Assembly (NCBI GenBank): GCA_005881335.1
Contig: VBFV01000070.1
Location: forward strand, 1-45,982
Reading direction: 5' to 3'
DNA length: 45,982 nucleotides
Source: Chloroflexota bacterium
Lineage (GTDB): Bacteria; Chloroflexota; Dormibacteria; Dormibacterales; Dormibacteraceae
Shown here in pieces: positions 18,616-26,926 of the stretch. Positions within the stretch are counted from its first letter, which is position 1, and each line of letters begins with the position of its first letter. The notes under the pieces are model-generated. The model made no database searches. It was not told where the DNA came from and saw nothing but the letters and a program-made list of their open reading frames with translations. The translations under genes and the position numbers were made by a program.

Positions 18616-19550
18616 GGGATCAGAAGAATTTTGCCAGTGGTCTTGCGGGCCTGCAGGTCGACGTGGGCCTGCCGCGCCTGGGCCAGCGGGTGGCGCGCTC
18701 CAATCCGCACCTCGAGCTTGCCATGCTCCACGAGCTCGAAGACGCGGCGCGCCCGTTCGCGGAGAAGCTCCGGCGTGCGCGTGTATGTCTTGATGGTCGG
18801 TCGCTGCACGTAGATAGAGCCGTGCTTGGCCAGCAGCGCAACCGGGAGGGGATCGGGCTGGCCGCTCGCCGCGCCGTACAGGATCATCTTGCCGAACGGC
18901 CGGATGGCTTGGAGGCCTTCATAGAAGGTGGTCTTGCCGACGCCGTCGTAGACGGCCGCCACGCCCGCGTCGCCCGTCATCTGGCGGGCCCGGTCCGCAA
19001 AGCCTTCGTATCGAAGCACTTCGTCGGCCCCCGCTTCCCGAGCGAGCGCGGCCTTCTCTTCTGTCGACGTTGTTCCGATCACGTGAGCGCCGCGTAGTTT
19101 TGCCATCTGCGTCAGCAACAGCCCGACTCCGCCGGCGGCCGCGTGGACGACCACCCAATCGCTTTCTTGGATCGGATACGAGTCGAACGCGAGGTAGTGG
19201 GCGGTGATGCCCTGGAGCAGAACAGCCGCCGCGATCTCGGACGAGATTCCGTCGGGGATGGGGACGAGCTTGGCGGGATCGGCCGCGACTCGTTCCGCAT
19301 AGCTGTGTGGCACGTCGATCCACGCCACCCGTTGGCCGGTCTGCGTGACGGTGCCGGCACCCTCGACGCCCACGATTGCCGGCGGCTTCTGGCCGTAGTC
19401 CAGTCCCTCGCGCTCATAGACGTCTCGAAAGTTGATGCCCACCGCCTCGACGTCAACGAGAACCTGGCCGTCGCGCGGCGCCGGATCCGGCACCTCTTTG
19501 TGGTCGAGGACCTCGGGCCCACCATTGCTTTCGAAGACCACCGCGTGCAT
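18612..19550 (-). CDS. qor: NADPH:quinone oxidoreductase (zinc-independent MDR family)
   Basis: 312 aa with the MDR pattern (VAVGINFRDVYEREG, AAAGGVGLLLTQMAK). An SD (GGAGGAG) lies upstream of the ATG. Confidence 0.8.
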   Translation of the reverse strand: MHAVVFESNGGPEVLDHKEVPDPAPRDGQVLVDVEAVGINFRDVYEREGLDYGQKPPAIVGVEGAGTVTQTGQRVAWIDVPHSYAERVAADPAKLVPIPDGISSEIAAAVLLQGITAHYLAFDSYPIQESDWVVVHAAAGGVGLLLTQMAKLRGAHVIGTTSTEEKAALAREAGADEVLRYEGFADRARQMTGDAGVAAVYDGVGKTTFYEGLQAIRPFGKMILYGAASGQPDPLPVALLAKHGSIYVQRPTIKTYTRTPELLRERARRVFELVEHGKLEVRIGARHPLAQARQAHVDLQARKTTGKILLIP

Positions 19551-19608
19551 CAGGTAGCCGCTCCTCCTACTTGATCAAACCGGCCGCACGGGCCTCGTCT
19601 TTGGTCAT

Positions 19609-19767
19609 TCAACAACCGGGCTCGCCGTAGTTGCCGCAGCAGCCACGTCCGCCTCGTTTTCTTCCGATGTTGATGACGATCACGCGCACCCTTTCGAGCG
19701 GGCGGTACGGCCCTCGGAGCAGATTGCGAGTAAAGCTGGATGGCGAGGCGCGGATTCGTCGTCTCAT
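19609..19767 (-). CDS. candidate small Cys-rich peptide ORF (52 codons, possibly 24 from an internal GTG)
   Basis: Not in the ORF track (under 60 aa). My own translation of the otherwise empty 213-bp gap gives MRRRIRASPSSFTRNLLRGPYRPLERVRVIVINIGRKRGGRGCCGNYGEPGC*. The ATG overlaps the DUF3465 gene stop (ATGA). An internal GTG at 19681-19683 has GAAAGGG 6 nt upstream. Confidence 0.25.
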   Translation of the reverse strand: MRRRIRASPSSFTRNLLRGPYRPLERVRVIVINIGRKRGGRGCCGNYGEPGC

Positions 19768-20156
19768 TCGTAATAGGTGTTGTTGTACTCGATCCAGCCT
19801 GGATTCGGGCAGCCGCCCGATGTCTGCGCGTGCGTGCAGTGCACGCCGTAGCGCGGCCCGGGATCGATGTAGAGCTGGCCGTGGATGACGACGCCGTCCC
19901 CTTTGTGGATCGGAACGGCTTGGGCGAGGCTCGTGTTGTGGTCGACCTCGAGGATCTCGCCGGTGGTTGTCTTGACCTGGAATCGCTCGTGGTCGCCGCT
20001 CTGCACCGGGTCGTTCAGGACCGTCCCGTCGAACGTGACCTCCGCGCCGCTGGTGTGGTTCTGGATGTCCTGATGCAGGCCTTGGTCGTCGGCCGCTTCA
20101 CGCCCGCCGCAAGCGATCAGCACGATCGCCATCGCGATCAGCCAGATCCGCCTCAC
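19764..20156 (-). CDS. DUF3465-like lipoprotein
   Basis: ORF 19764..20567 trimmed to the GTG at 20156, which overlaps the hisA stop (GTGA). It has a signal peptide with a lipobox (RRIWLIAMAIVLIAC). The body (GDHERFQVKTTTGEILEVDHN...IHGQLY...HCTH...GWIEY) matches my recollection of DUF3465. Confidence 0.65.
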   Translation of the reverse strand: MRRIWLIAMAIVLIACGGREAADDQGLHQDIQNHTSGAEVTFDGTVLNDPVQSGDHERFQVKTTTGEILEVDHNTSLAQAVPIHKGDGVVIHGQLYIDPGPRYGVHCTHAQTSGGCPNPGWIEYNNTYYE

Positions 20157-20866
20157 GCCTCCTGCGCTTGCTCCAGCGTGATCTTTCCCTCGTAGAGCGC
20201 CTTGCCGAGGATGACCGCTTCGGCGCCGGCCGCGGCCACCTGGCGGAGGTCGTCGACCGAAGCCACGCCTCCTGAATACTGCAGCTCGAGCCTGGTCATC
20301 TTGCGCACCCTGGCCAGGGTCTTGATGTCGGGTCCTGACATCGTGCCGTCGCGGTCGATGCAGGTGAGGATCAGCCCGGCAAGGGGGAGGTCCGCCCAGC
20401 GGCCGACCAACGCCTTGAGGACGACCGGGTCCGTGTCCAGCCACCCACCCACCGCGGCCTTGTCGTCGCGGACATCGAGGGCGGCCAGGATCCGCCCCGG
20501 ATGCTGAAACGCGCAACGCTCGAACAGGTGTGGATCGCGGACTGCGGCTGTAGCCATGACGACCCATTGCGCGCCGCCCTCGAGCAAGGCTGTCACCGCC
20601 TCCGCGCTGCGGACGCCGCCGGCGACCTGGAACTGGATGTCCGAGTGTTCGAGCATCCGCGTGATCACGGGCTTGTTGCTTGCGGAACCTCGCGCGGCAT
20701 CGAGGTCGACGACGTGAATTCGCTTCGCTCCGGCGGCGGCGAATCGCATTGCCACCTCAACCGGGTCGTCTGCATATACCGTCGGCTGGTCGTACTTGCC
20801 CTGCGTCAGGCGAACGCAGCGCCCGCCAAGGATGTCAATCGCGGGAATGACGACCACGCCGCTCAT
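20153..20866 (-). CDS. hisA: ProFAR isomerase HisA (or a bifunctional PriA-type enzyme)
   Basis: 237 aa with motifs VIPAIDILGGRCVRL, VVDLDAA, GGVRS and GKALYEG. It is not embedded in a his operon in this window. Confidence 0.85.
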   Translation of the reverse strand: MSGVVVIPAIDILGGRCVRLTQGKYDQPTVYADDPVEVAMRFAAAGAKRIHVVDLDAARGSASNKPVITRMLEHSDIQFQVAGGVRSAEAVTALLEGGAQWVVMATAAVRDPHLFERCAFQHPGRILAALDVRDDKAAVGGWLDTDPVVLKALVGRWADLPLAGLILTCIDRDGTMSGPDIKTLARVRKMTRLELQYSGGVASVDDLRQVAAAGAEAVILGKALYEGKITLEQAQEA

Positions 20867-20874
20867 GCGGTGAC

Positions 20875-21366
20875 CTAGCGGTAGTTCGTGAACTGGAGCG
20901 GGACGGGAATGTCCTCCGCCTCGCGCAGCGACTTGATCACAAGCTGCAACGTGTCTTTGTCTTTGGAGGTGACACGCAGCTGGTCGCCCTGGATCCGCAC
21001 CTGCGCCTTCGGGGCGACGTTCTGAATCCGCTTGCGGAGGTCCCGAGCGATTTCGTCGGTGATCCCGGCGTTCAGCCGGACCTCGATCTGGCCGCGGCCC
21101 TTGCCAATGGTTTTCGGGTCGCCCGCCTTGAAGAGCTTCGGTGAAAGCTGGCGTCGAGCCGCCTTTTCGCGCAGCACCTGAAGCGCGGCCCTTGCGCGGT
21201 CCTCGCTCGCCGACTCGACGACGATCACGTCTTCGCGGTGGTCGTACGTGGTGGCGGTGTCTTTGAAGTCGTAGCGCGTGCCGACCTCGCGGCGGGCCTG
21301 GTCCACGGCGTTGGTCAGCTCTACCGCCTCGAACTCCGAAACGACGTCGAACGAGTACTCAGCCAC
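20875..21366 (-). CDS. yajQ: YajQ family nucleotide-binding protein (UPF0234)
   Basis: 163 aa matching the YajQ pattern: SFDVVSEF...EL.NAVDQA.RE...RYDFK, ending in PLQFTNYR. Confidence 0.85.
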   Translation of the reverse strand: MAEYSFDVVSEFEAVELTNAVDQARREVGTRYDFKDTATTYDHREDVIVVESASEDRARAALQVLREKAARRQLSPKLFKAGDPKTIGKGRGQIEVRLNAGITDEIARDLRKRIQNVAPKAQVRIQGDQLRVTSKDKDTLQLVIKSLREAEDIPVPLQFTNYR

Positions 21367-21751
21367 TGCCGGAGCTGAAGATTGCGTTCAGTCCCAGGGC
21401 GGCGGCCAAGATCGCCAGCGCGACTCCGGCCAGGGAGGAGATCGCGAGCAGAGCTCCAATCCCAGCCGTACCCTCGTCGAGCGGCTCCAGCGGCGGCTTG
21501 TCATACGGATCAGGGCCGTAATCGAGGTCGTATACGCCTTCCTGACGCGCGCGCTGTACGAGCTCATCGAGCACCGGCTTGCTGCCCGACGGCAGTGGTT
21601 TGTCCTCGAGGTTGGCGACGGCCTCTTTTAGGTTGTCCCGGGTCCCTCCGAGCTCCGCCGTCACCATGTCGAGCGTCTGCATCGCGGCTGGGGTCTGGTG
21701 CTCGCGGCGGAGGTCGGCGATGATGCCGTACAGGCTCACGAGCGGATTCAT
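21359..21751 (-). CDS. hypothetical tail-anchored membrane protein
   Basis: 130 aa. A soluble N-terminal part and one C-terminal TM helix (IGALLAISSLAGVALAILAAALGL). It overlaps the yajQ start by 8 nt. Confidence 0.5.
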   Translation of the reverse strand: MNPLVSLYGIIADLRREHQTPAAMQTLDMVTAELGGTRDNLKEAVANLEDKPLPSGSKPVLDELVQRARQEGVYDLDYGPDPYDKPPLEPLDEGTAGIGALLAISSLAGVALAILAAALGLNAIFSSGSG

Positions 21752-21811
21752 AACAGATGAAGGGACGCCCGTGCAGGTGAGCGACGGTGCGCCCTAATAC
21801 ACTTAAACCCG

Positions 21812-22777
21812 ATGGGTGTGGACGCGAAAGCCAAGGCCGCGGTGAAGAAGCCGGCGGCCCACCCGAACACGTGGGTCTTCTTCGACGGAGATTTCGCGCG
21901 CTACAACGACGTGAAGCTCGGCCTCATGACTCACGCGCTGCACTACGGCACAGCGGTTTTCGAAGGGATCCGCGCCTACTGGAACCAGCAGAAGAACCAG
22001 CTGTACCTGCTCCAGGCCGCCGCTCATTACGACCGGATGAAGCGCTCAGCCAACGTCATGCGCATGACGCTGCCCCACTCGACCGAAGAGCTCGTCAACT
22101 TCACTCTGGATCTGCTCCGGCGCAATGAGTTCAAGTCGGACGTCTACGTCCGGCCGCTGCTCTACACGTCGAGCGAGGAGATCGGCGTCCGGCTGCACAA
22201 CTTGAACCGCGCGTTCTTCATCTACGCGATTCCGTTCGGTAACTACGTCGAGGTCGAGGCCGGCATCAGGTGCATGGTCAGCTCGTGGCGGCGGGTGCCG
22301 GACCAGTCGCTGCCTGCTCGGGCCAAGATCACCGGCTCGTACGCCCAGGCAGCCCTCGCCAAGTCGGAGGCGGTGGAGGGCGGGTTCGACGAGGCGATCG
22401 TGCTGTCGGTCGACGGTCATGTTTCCGAAGGTTCGGCGGAAAACGTCTTCATGCTCAAGGACGGCGCCTTCGTCACGCCGCCCGTGACCGACGACATTCT
22501 CGAAGGCGTCACGCGTCAGTTGCTGATCAAGGTCATCAGCGACGAGCTGAACCTCCCGGTGCTCGAGCGCAGCATCGACCGCACCGAGCTCTACACGTGC
22601 GACGAGCTCCTGCTGTGCGGCACCGGAGCGCAGATCTCACCGGTGATCGAGGTCGACCGGCGGCCCGTAGGCAATGGCAAGGTCGGCGAGTTCACCCAGG
22701 AGCTGCAGAACATCTACTTCAGCGCCGTCCGCGGCGAAACGCCGAAGTACAAGGACTGGACCATCGCGGTCTACTGA
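21812..22777 (+). CDS. ilvE: branched-chain amino acid aminotransferase
   Basis: 321 aa with class IV aminotransferase motifs (HYGTAVFEGIRAY, EGSAENVF, CGTGAQISPV). Confidence 0.9.
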   Translation: MGVDAKAKAAVKKPAAHPNTWVFFDGDFARYNDVKLGLMTHALHYGTAVFEGIRAYWNQQKNQLYLLQAAAHYDRMKRSANVMRMTLPHSTEELVNFTLDLLRRNEFKSDVYVRPLLYTSSEEIGVRLHNLNRAFFIYAIPFGNYVEVEAGIRCMVSSWRRVPDQSLPARAKITGSYAQAALAKSEAVEGGFDEAIVLSVDGHVSEGSAENVFMLKDGAFVTPPVTDDILEGVTRQLLIKVISDELNLPVLERSIDRTELYTCDELLLCGTGAQISPVIEVDRRPVGNGKVGEFTQELQNIYFSAVRGETPKYKDWTIAVY

Positions 22778-22789
22778 GAGCGCCGCCCC

Positions 22790-22819
22790 CCTCCCGGATA
22801 GTCCGGACTATCCGGGGGG
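22790..22819 (+). terminator. GC-rich hairpin built on a perfect 24-bp palindrome (possible intrinsic terminator or operator)
   Basis: cccggatagtccggactatccggg (22793-22816) is its own reverse complement, and flanking C/G runs extend the stem. It starts 13 nt after the ilvE stop. There is no U-tract. The core GTCCGGACTA recurs at 22844-22853. Confidence 0.4.
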
Positions 22820-22874
22820 TTGCGTCTGAGTCCATGTCGCTTCGTCCGGACTAACGGGGTAAGGTGCGTGCGCC

Positions 22875-24014
22875 GTGTACAAAGTGGTGGTCGCGCCGAA
22901 CGCTTTCAAGGGGACGCTGACCGCCTCTGAAGCCGCGTCGGCGATCGCGCGCGGCGTGCGCGAAGTGTTCCCCGAGGCGGAGGTGGTCGAGGTCCCGGTT
23001 GCCGACGGCGGTGATGGCACGGTAGAGGCGCTGGTCTCGGCCAACCACGGCGACTACCGGGCGGCGCAGGTCGAAGGCCCGCTCGGTGATCCCGTCTCGG
23101 CTCAGTACGGTCTGATCGAATCGGGCCGTAAGGCCGTCGTCGAGCTCGCCACCGCCAGCGGCCTGACCCTGATCCCGCTTTCTCGGCGTGACCCACGCCG
23201 GACGTCGACCTACGGATTCGGCCAGTTGCTTGAGGCGGCGCGGCGGGACGGTGCGGAAACGATCATCGCGGGCATCGGGGGATCGGCGACCAACGATGGC
23301 GGAGCCGGCATGGCCCAGGCCCTCGGCTACAGGCTGCTCGATGCGGACGGACGGGACTTGCCCCGGGGCGGCGCCGCGCTCTCCCGGCTGCAGCGAATCG
23401 AATCCGCCGGCTTTGACCGGGGCTGGCGATCGGTGGCCGTCAAGGTGGCGTGCGACGTGACCAACCCTCTGACCGGGCCCTCGGGCGCGAGCGCCATCTA
23501 TGGGCCGCAGAAGGGAGCCGACGAGGCAGCCGTCAGGGAGCTGGATGCGGCGCTCGCCCGCCTGGCCGAAGTCATCGAGCGGGACCTCGGGAAGCGGGTC
23601 GCCGACATTCCTGGGGCGGGGGCTGCAGGCGGAACCGGGGCGGGCCTGGTCGCATTCCTGGAGGCCGACCTGCTTCCCGGCGCACCGCTCGTCGTCGACG
23701 CCGCCGGGCTCGATGCCAAGCTGCGCGGCGCAGACCTGGTGATCACCGGCGAGGGCCGCGCCGACGAGCAGACCGCCTACGGCAAGGCCCCGGGCGAGGT
23801 CGCCAAGCGCGCCCACGCCACCGGCATACCCGTGGTGCTGCTGGCCGGCAGCAAGGGCCCGGGATGGGAGGCGTTGAGCAAGCTGGGCGTCACCTCCGTG
23901 GTGACGCTGACGGAGGAAGGAGTGAACCTGCAGCAGGCCCTAAATGAGCCAGGGCGGATGCTTACGCGCGCCGCCGTAGTAGCCTGCCGCACGCACACAT
24001 GGACGAGGAATTAG
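22875..24014 (+). CDS. glxK: glycerate kinase
   Basis: 379 aa with motifs VVVAPNAFKGTL, PVADGGDGT, ITGEGRADEQTAYGKAP. GTG start. Confidence 0.9.
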   Translation: MYKVVVAPNAFKGTLTASEAASAIARGVREVFPEAEVVEVPVADGGDGTVEALVSANHGDYRAAQVEGPLGDPVSAQYGLIESGRKAVVELATASGLTLIPLSRRDPRRTSTYGFGQLLEAARRDGAETIIAGIGGSATNDGGAGMAQALGYRLLDADGRDLPRGGAALSRLQRIESAGFDRGWRSVAVKVACDVTNPLTGPSGASAIYGPQKGADEAAVRELDAALARLAEVIERDLGKRVADIPGAGAAGGTGAGLVAFLEADLLPGAPLVVDAAGLDAKLRGADLVITGEGRADEQTAYGKAPGEVAKRAHATGIPVVLLAGSKGPGWEALSKLGVTSVVTLTEEGVNLQQALNEPGRMLTRAAVVACRTHTWTRN

Positions 24015-24790
24015 GCGAGGAAGGAGGCTCGAAGCCAGCCGGCAAGGAGAGCCCAACCGACGTCGAGCTGGTCAGGGCTTACCGCGAGGGAGACATCCGA
24101 GCGTTCGAGGAGCTCCACCGGCGCTACGTCGCGTCGATCTACCGGCTGGTCCGCCGCAAGCTGGGGGATGCGCTGCTGGCCGAGGACATCGCCCAAGAGA
24201 CGTTCATGAAGGCCCTCCGCATGATGGACCGGGTCGACGAGTCGTTCAACTTCGGCGGCTGGGTCCACACCGTGGCGAGAAACCTCTGCTACGACGAGCT
24301 GCGCCGGCGCCAGCGCGACCTGCGCGCGGACGGAGCCACCGAAGAGGAAGACAACGAGCTGATGGCCAACCTGCCTTCGACGGCTCGCGCATTCGATCCC
24401 GTCCTCGTCCAGGAGTCGAACGAGACCCGCCGCCAGGTCTGGCATGTGGCGCAGCGCATGCCCGAGAAGTACCGTCTGGTGCTCACCCTGCGCGAGCTCC
24501 AGGACATGAGCTACCGCCAGATCGCCCGCACGCTGAAGATGTCCGAAAGCGCGGTCGAAACGCTGCTGTACCGAGCTCGCCTCCGGTTCAAAGAGGAATA
24601 CCTGGCCTCGCAGCGGGAGGGCGAGCTGAGCCACGAGGAGGCGGTGCCGCTGCTGGCGCCGTACCTCGCCGGCAAGCTCCGCCGGCCGCAGGCCGAGGCC
24701 GTACGGAATCACATCGCCACATGTGCCAAATGCGCCCGCCGGATCGGGCGGCGACGCCTGAAAGTCCAGCGCAGGAGTGAAGCCAGATGA
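23999..24790 (+). CDS. ECF-type RNA polymerase sigma factor with a C-terminal zf-HC2 (ZAS-like) extension
   Basis: 263 aa. Sigma-2 region (LVRAYREGDIRAFEELHRRY...IAQETFMKA...WVHTVARN) and sigma-4 region (LTLRELQDMSYRQIARTLKMSESAVETLLYRAR). These are followed by about 60 aa containing LLAPYLAGKL...VRNHIATCAKCARR (H-x3-C-x2-C). It overlaps the glxK 3' end by 16 nt. Confidence 0.8.
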   Translation: MDEELGEEGGSKPAGKESPTDVELVRAYREGDIRAFEELHRRYVASIYRLVRRKLGDALLAEDIAQETFMKALRMMDRVDESFNFGGWVHTVARNLCYDELRRRQRDLRADGATEEEDNELMANLPSTARAFDPVLVQESNETRRQVWHVAQRMPEKYRLVLTLRELQDMSYRQIARTLKMSESAVETLLYRARLRFKEEYLASQREGELSHEEAVPLLAPYLAGKLRRPQAEAVRNHIATCAKCARRIGRRRLKVQRRSEAR

Positions 24791-24812
24791 GGGTTAGTAC
24801 AGTAGGTGTGAA

Positions 24813-25370
24813 ATGGCTCGGATAGTCGTCCGCTTCTTTGACGACGAGACCGTCGAGGGCGTCGCCCGCGACCTCGATTTCGACGAACCGGACTTCCTGG
24901 TCGAAGTCGATGACGCCGGGGGCCTGGAGAACAACGAGACGGCCTGGATCCCCCTCACCGCGGTGAAGTGGGTCGAGCTTCAGCGGGACAAGGAGCTGGC
25001 CGACACGCCCACCCGCAAGGTGGCGATCCGCTTCCTAGACGGCGAGGTGCTGCGAGGCCATCTCGACGGCACCCTCGAGCGACATCGATACGGCGTGGTG
25101 CTGCACCTGCACGCAGAGCAGAGCGACAGCCCGGTCCGCAAGCTCGGGATTCCATTTTCGGCCGTCAAGGCGCTCTTCTTCGTGCGCGAGTTCGACGCTC
25201 GCGGGGAGGAGGCCGGCTCCGCTTCCGACGCCTACCTCGCGCGGCGGACGATGGCGCCCCTGCTCGACGTGCTCGAGGAGATGGACATGCTGACGCGGCT
25301 TCACCGCGACGGCTTGCTGTCCGACACCGAGTACGCCTCCAAGCGAACCCTGGTACTGGAGAGGCTCTAA
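24813..25370 (+). CDS. hypothetical protein: two tandem beta-rich repeats plus a SHOCT-like C-terminus
   Basis: 185 aa. It has an internal repeat ([14 protein letters not shown]...[10 protein letters not shown] and [14 protein letters not shown]...[11 protein letters not shown]). The C-terminus [23 protein letters not shown] resembles a SHOCT motif. Confidence 0.55.
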   Translation: MARIVVRFFDDETVEGVARDLDFDEPDFLVEVDDAGGLENNETAWIPLTAVKWVELQRDKELADTPTRKVAIRFLDGEVLRGHLDGTLERHRYGVVLHLHAEQSDSPVRKLGIPFSAVKALFFVREFDARGEEAGSASDAYLARRTMAPLLDVLEEMDMLTRLHRDGLLSDTEYASKRTLVLERL

Positions 25371-25395
25371 CTTACCCGGGCGTAGAATTCCGAAC

Positions 25396-26313
25396 GTGGC
25401 CGAACGCAACGGTTCGAGCAACGGAAACGAAGGGGTAAAGGGCAGCTTCAAGGTCAAGGCGGGCCTGGCCCAGATGCTGAAAGGCGGCGTGATCATGGAC
25501 GTCGTCACGCCGGAGCACGCACGCATCGCCCAGGAGGCAGGCGCCTGCGCGGTCATGGCCCTGGAGCGCGTGCCGGCCGACATCCGCAAGGAAGGCGGCG
25601 TCGCGCGCATGGCGGACCCCGAGCTGATCAAGTCGATCATGGCCGCGGTGACCATCCCCGTCATGGCCAAATGCCGGATCGGCCATTTCGTCGAGGCCCA
25701 GATCCTGGAGGCGCTCGGCATCGACTACATCGACGAGTCGGAAGTCCTCACACCCGCGGACGAGGAGAACCACATCGACAAGCACCCGTTCAAGGTTCCG
25801 TTCGTCTGCGGCTGCCGTGACCTGGGGGAGGCGACCCGTCGCATTGCCGAAGGGGCGGCGATGATCCGGACCAAAGGCGAGGCAGGCACCGGGAACGTCG
25901 TCGAAGCCGTTCGCCACGCACGCGCCGTCAACGCCGGCATTCGCAAGCTGAAGGGTATGAACCACGCCGAGCTCGTGCACGAGGCCAAGCTCATCGGCGC
26001 CCCGGTCGAGGTGCTGGTCGAATGCCAGAAGCTCGGCCGGCTTCCGGTCGTCAACTTCGCCGCCGGGGGCATCGCGACGCCCGCCGACGCCGCGCTGATG
26101 ATGCAGCTGGGGGTCGATGGGGTGTTCGTCGGGTCAGGCATCTTCAAGGCCGAGGACCCCTTGAAGCGTGCCAAAGCGATCGTCGCGGCGACCACCTACT
26201 TCGACAAGCCTGAGGTGCTGGCCGAGGTTTCTGCCCACCTGGGCAAAGCCATGCACGGCCTCGAGATCCCAGCCATCCCGAAGGACGAGCTGCTCGCTGC
26301 CCGAGGCTGGTAG
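25396..26313 (+). CDS. pdxS: pyridoxal 5'-phosphate synthase lyase subunit
   Basis: 305 aa with motifs [47 protein letters not shown] start. Confidence 0.95.
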   Translation: MAERNGSSNGNEGVKGSFKVKAGLAQMLKGGVIMDVVTPEHARIAQEAGACAVMALERVPADIRKEGGVARMADPELIKSIMAAVTIPVMAKCRIGHFVEAQILEALGIDYIDESEVLTPADEENHIDKHPFKVPFVCGCRDLGEATRRIAEGAAMIRTKGEAGTGNVVEAVRHARAVNAGIRKLKGMNHAELVHEAKLIGAPVEVLVECQKLGRLPVVNFAAGGIATPADAALMMQLGVDGVFVGSGIFKAEDPLKRAKAIVAATTYFDKPEVLAEVSAHLGKAMHGLEIPAIPKDELLAARGW

Positions 26314-26344
26314 CTCCGCCCCGTCGGTAAAGGCTCGGGCGCCA

Positions 26345-26926
26345 CTGATCGGGGTCCTCGCGATGCAGGGTGCGTTCTCCGAGCACGTGCGCGCGCTCGA
26401 GGCAGTTGGTGCGCGGACGCGGCTGGTCCGCACGATTGACGACCTGGACAGTCTCGACGGCCTCGTGCTGCCCGGCGGCGAGAGCACGACGATGGCGATG
26501 CTGATGGAGCGCGCCGGCATGCTCGATTCGGTGCGCGAAGCGATACGCGGCGGGCTCGCGACACTGGCGACGTGCGCGGGAATGATCCTGCTCGCGCGGG
26601 ACATCACGGACGGAATGCCCGGTCAGCACGGCCTCGGCCTACTCGACATCAGCGTGCGTCGCAACGGATACGGCCGCCAGGTCGACAGCTTCGAGGCGCC
26701 CCTTCACATAGACGGTCTCAACGGAAAGACGTTTCCAGGCGTTTTCATCCGCGCTCCCCTGGTCGAACGCGCCGGAGACGTTCACGTGATGGCGAATTAC
26801 GACGGTCATCCGGTGGCGGTGAGGCACGGACGCATCGTCGCGCTCGGTTTTCATCCCGAGCTGAGCGGCGACCTGCGTTTGCATCGAGAGTTCGTGCGCC
26901 TGGCGAACACCGACGCCCACCAATGA
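26345..26926 (+). CDS. pdxT: pyridoxal 5'-phosphate synthase glutaminase subunit, apparent CTG start
   Basis: The conserved N-terminus IGVLAMQGAFSEH begins right after the CTG at 26345. There are three candidate start codons. Of the canonical in-frame ones, GTG at 26168 lies 146 nt inside pdxS. ATG at 26366 would delete strand beta-1. The third is CTG at 26345 itself, which has TAAAGG 11 nt upstream. Further motifs: GLVLPGGEST, catalytic TCAG and FHPE. Confidence 0.75.
   Translation: MIGVLAMQGAFSEHVRALEAVGARTRLVRTIDDLDSLDGLVLPGGESTTMAMLMERAGMLDSVREAIRGGLATLATCAGMILLARDITDGMPGQHGLGLLDISVRRNGYGRQVDSFEAPLHIDGLNGKTFPGVFIRAPLVERAGDVHVMANYDGHPVAVRHGRIVALGFHPELSGDLRLHREFVRLANTDAHQ

Noticed and set aside
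19764-20567. 267-aa version of the minus-strand ORF overlapping hisA
   Set aside because: Its upstream 137 codons are an Arg/Gly/Pro-rich alternate frame of hisA. The GTG at 20156 gives a signal peptide with a lipobox and overlaps the hisA stop as GTGA.
20153-20866. Calling the isolated hisA a PriA-type bifunctional His/Trp isomerase
   Set aside because: This is plausible for a high-GC Gram-positive-like genome. It cannot be decided from motifs read by eye, and no trpF or his context is present in the window.
26168-26344. GTG at 26168 as the pdxT start
   Set aside because: It would place 146 nt of pdxT inside pdxS in another frame and add about 59 residues of non-PdxT, low-complexity sequence ahead of the conserved IGVLAMQG.
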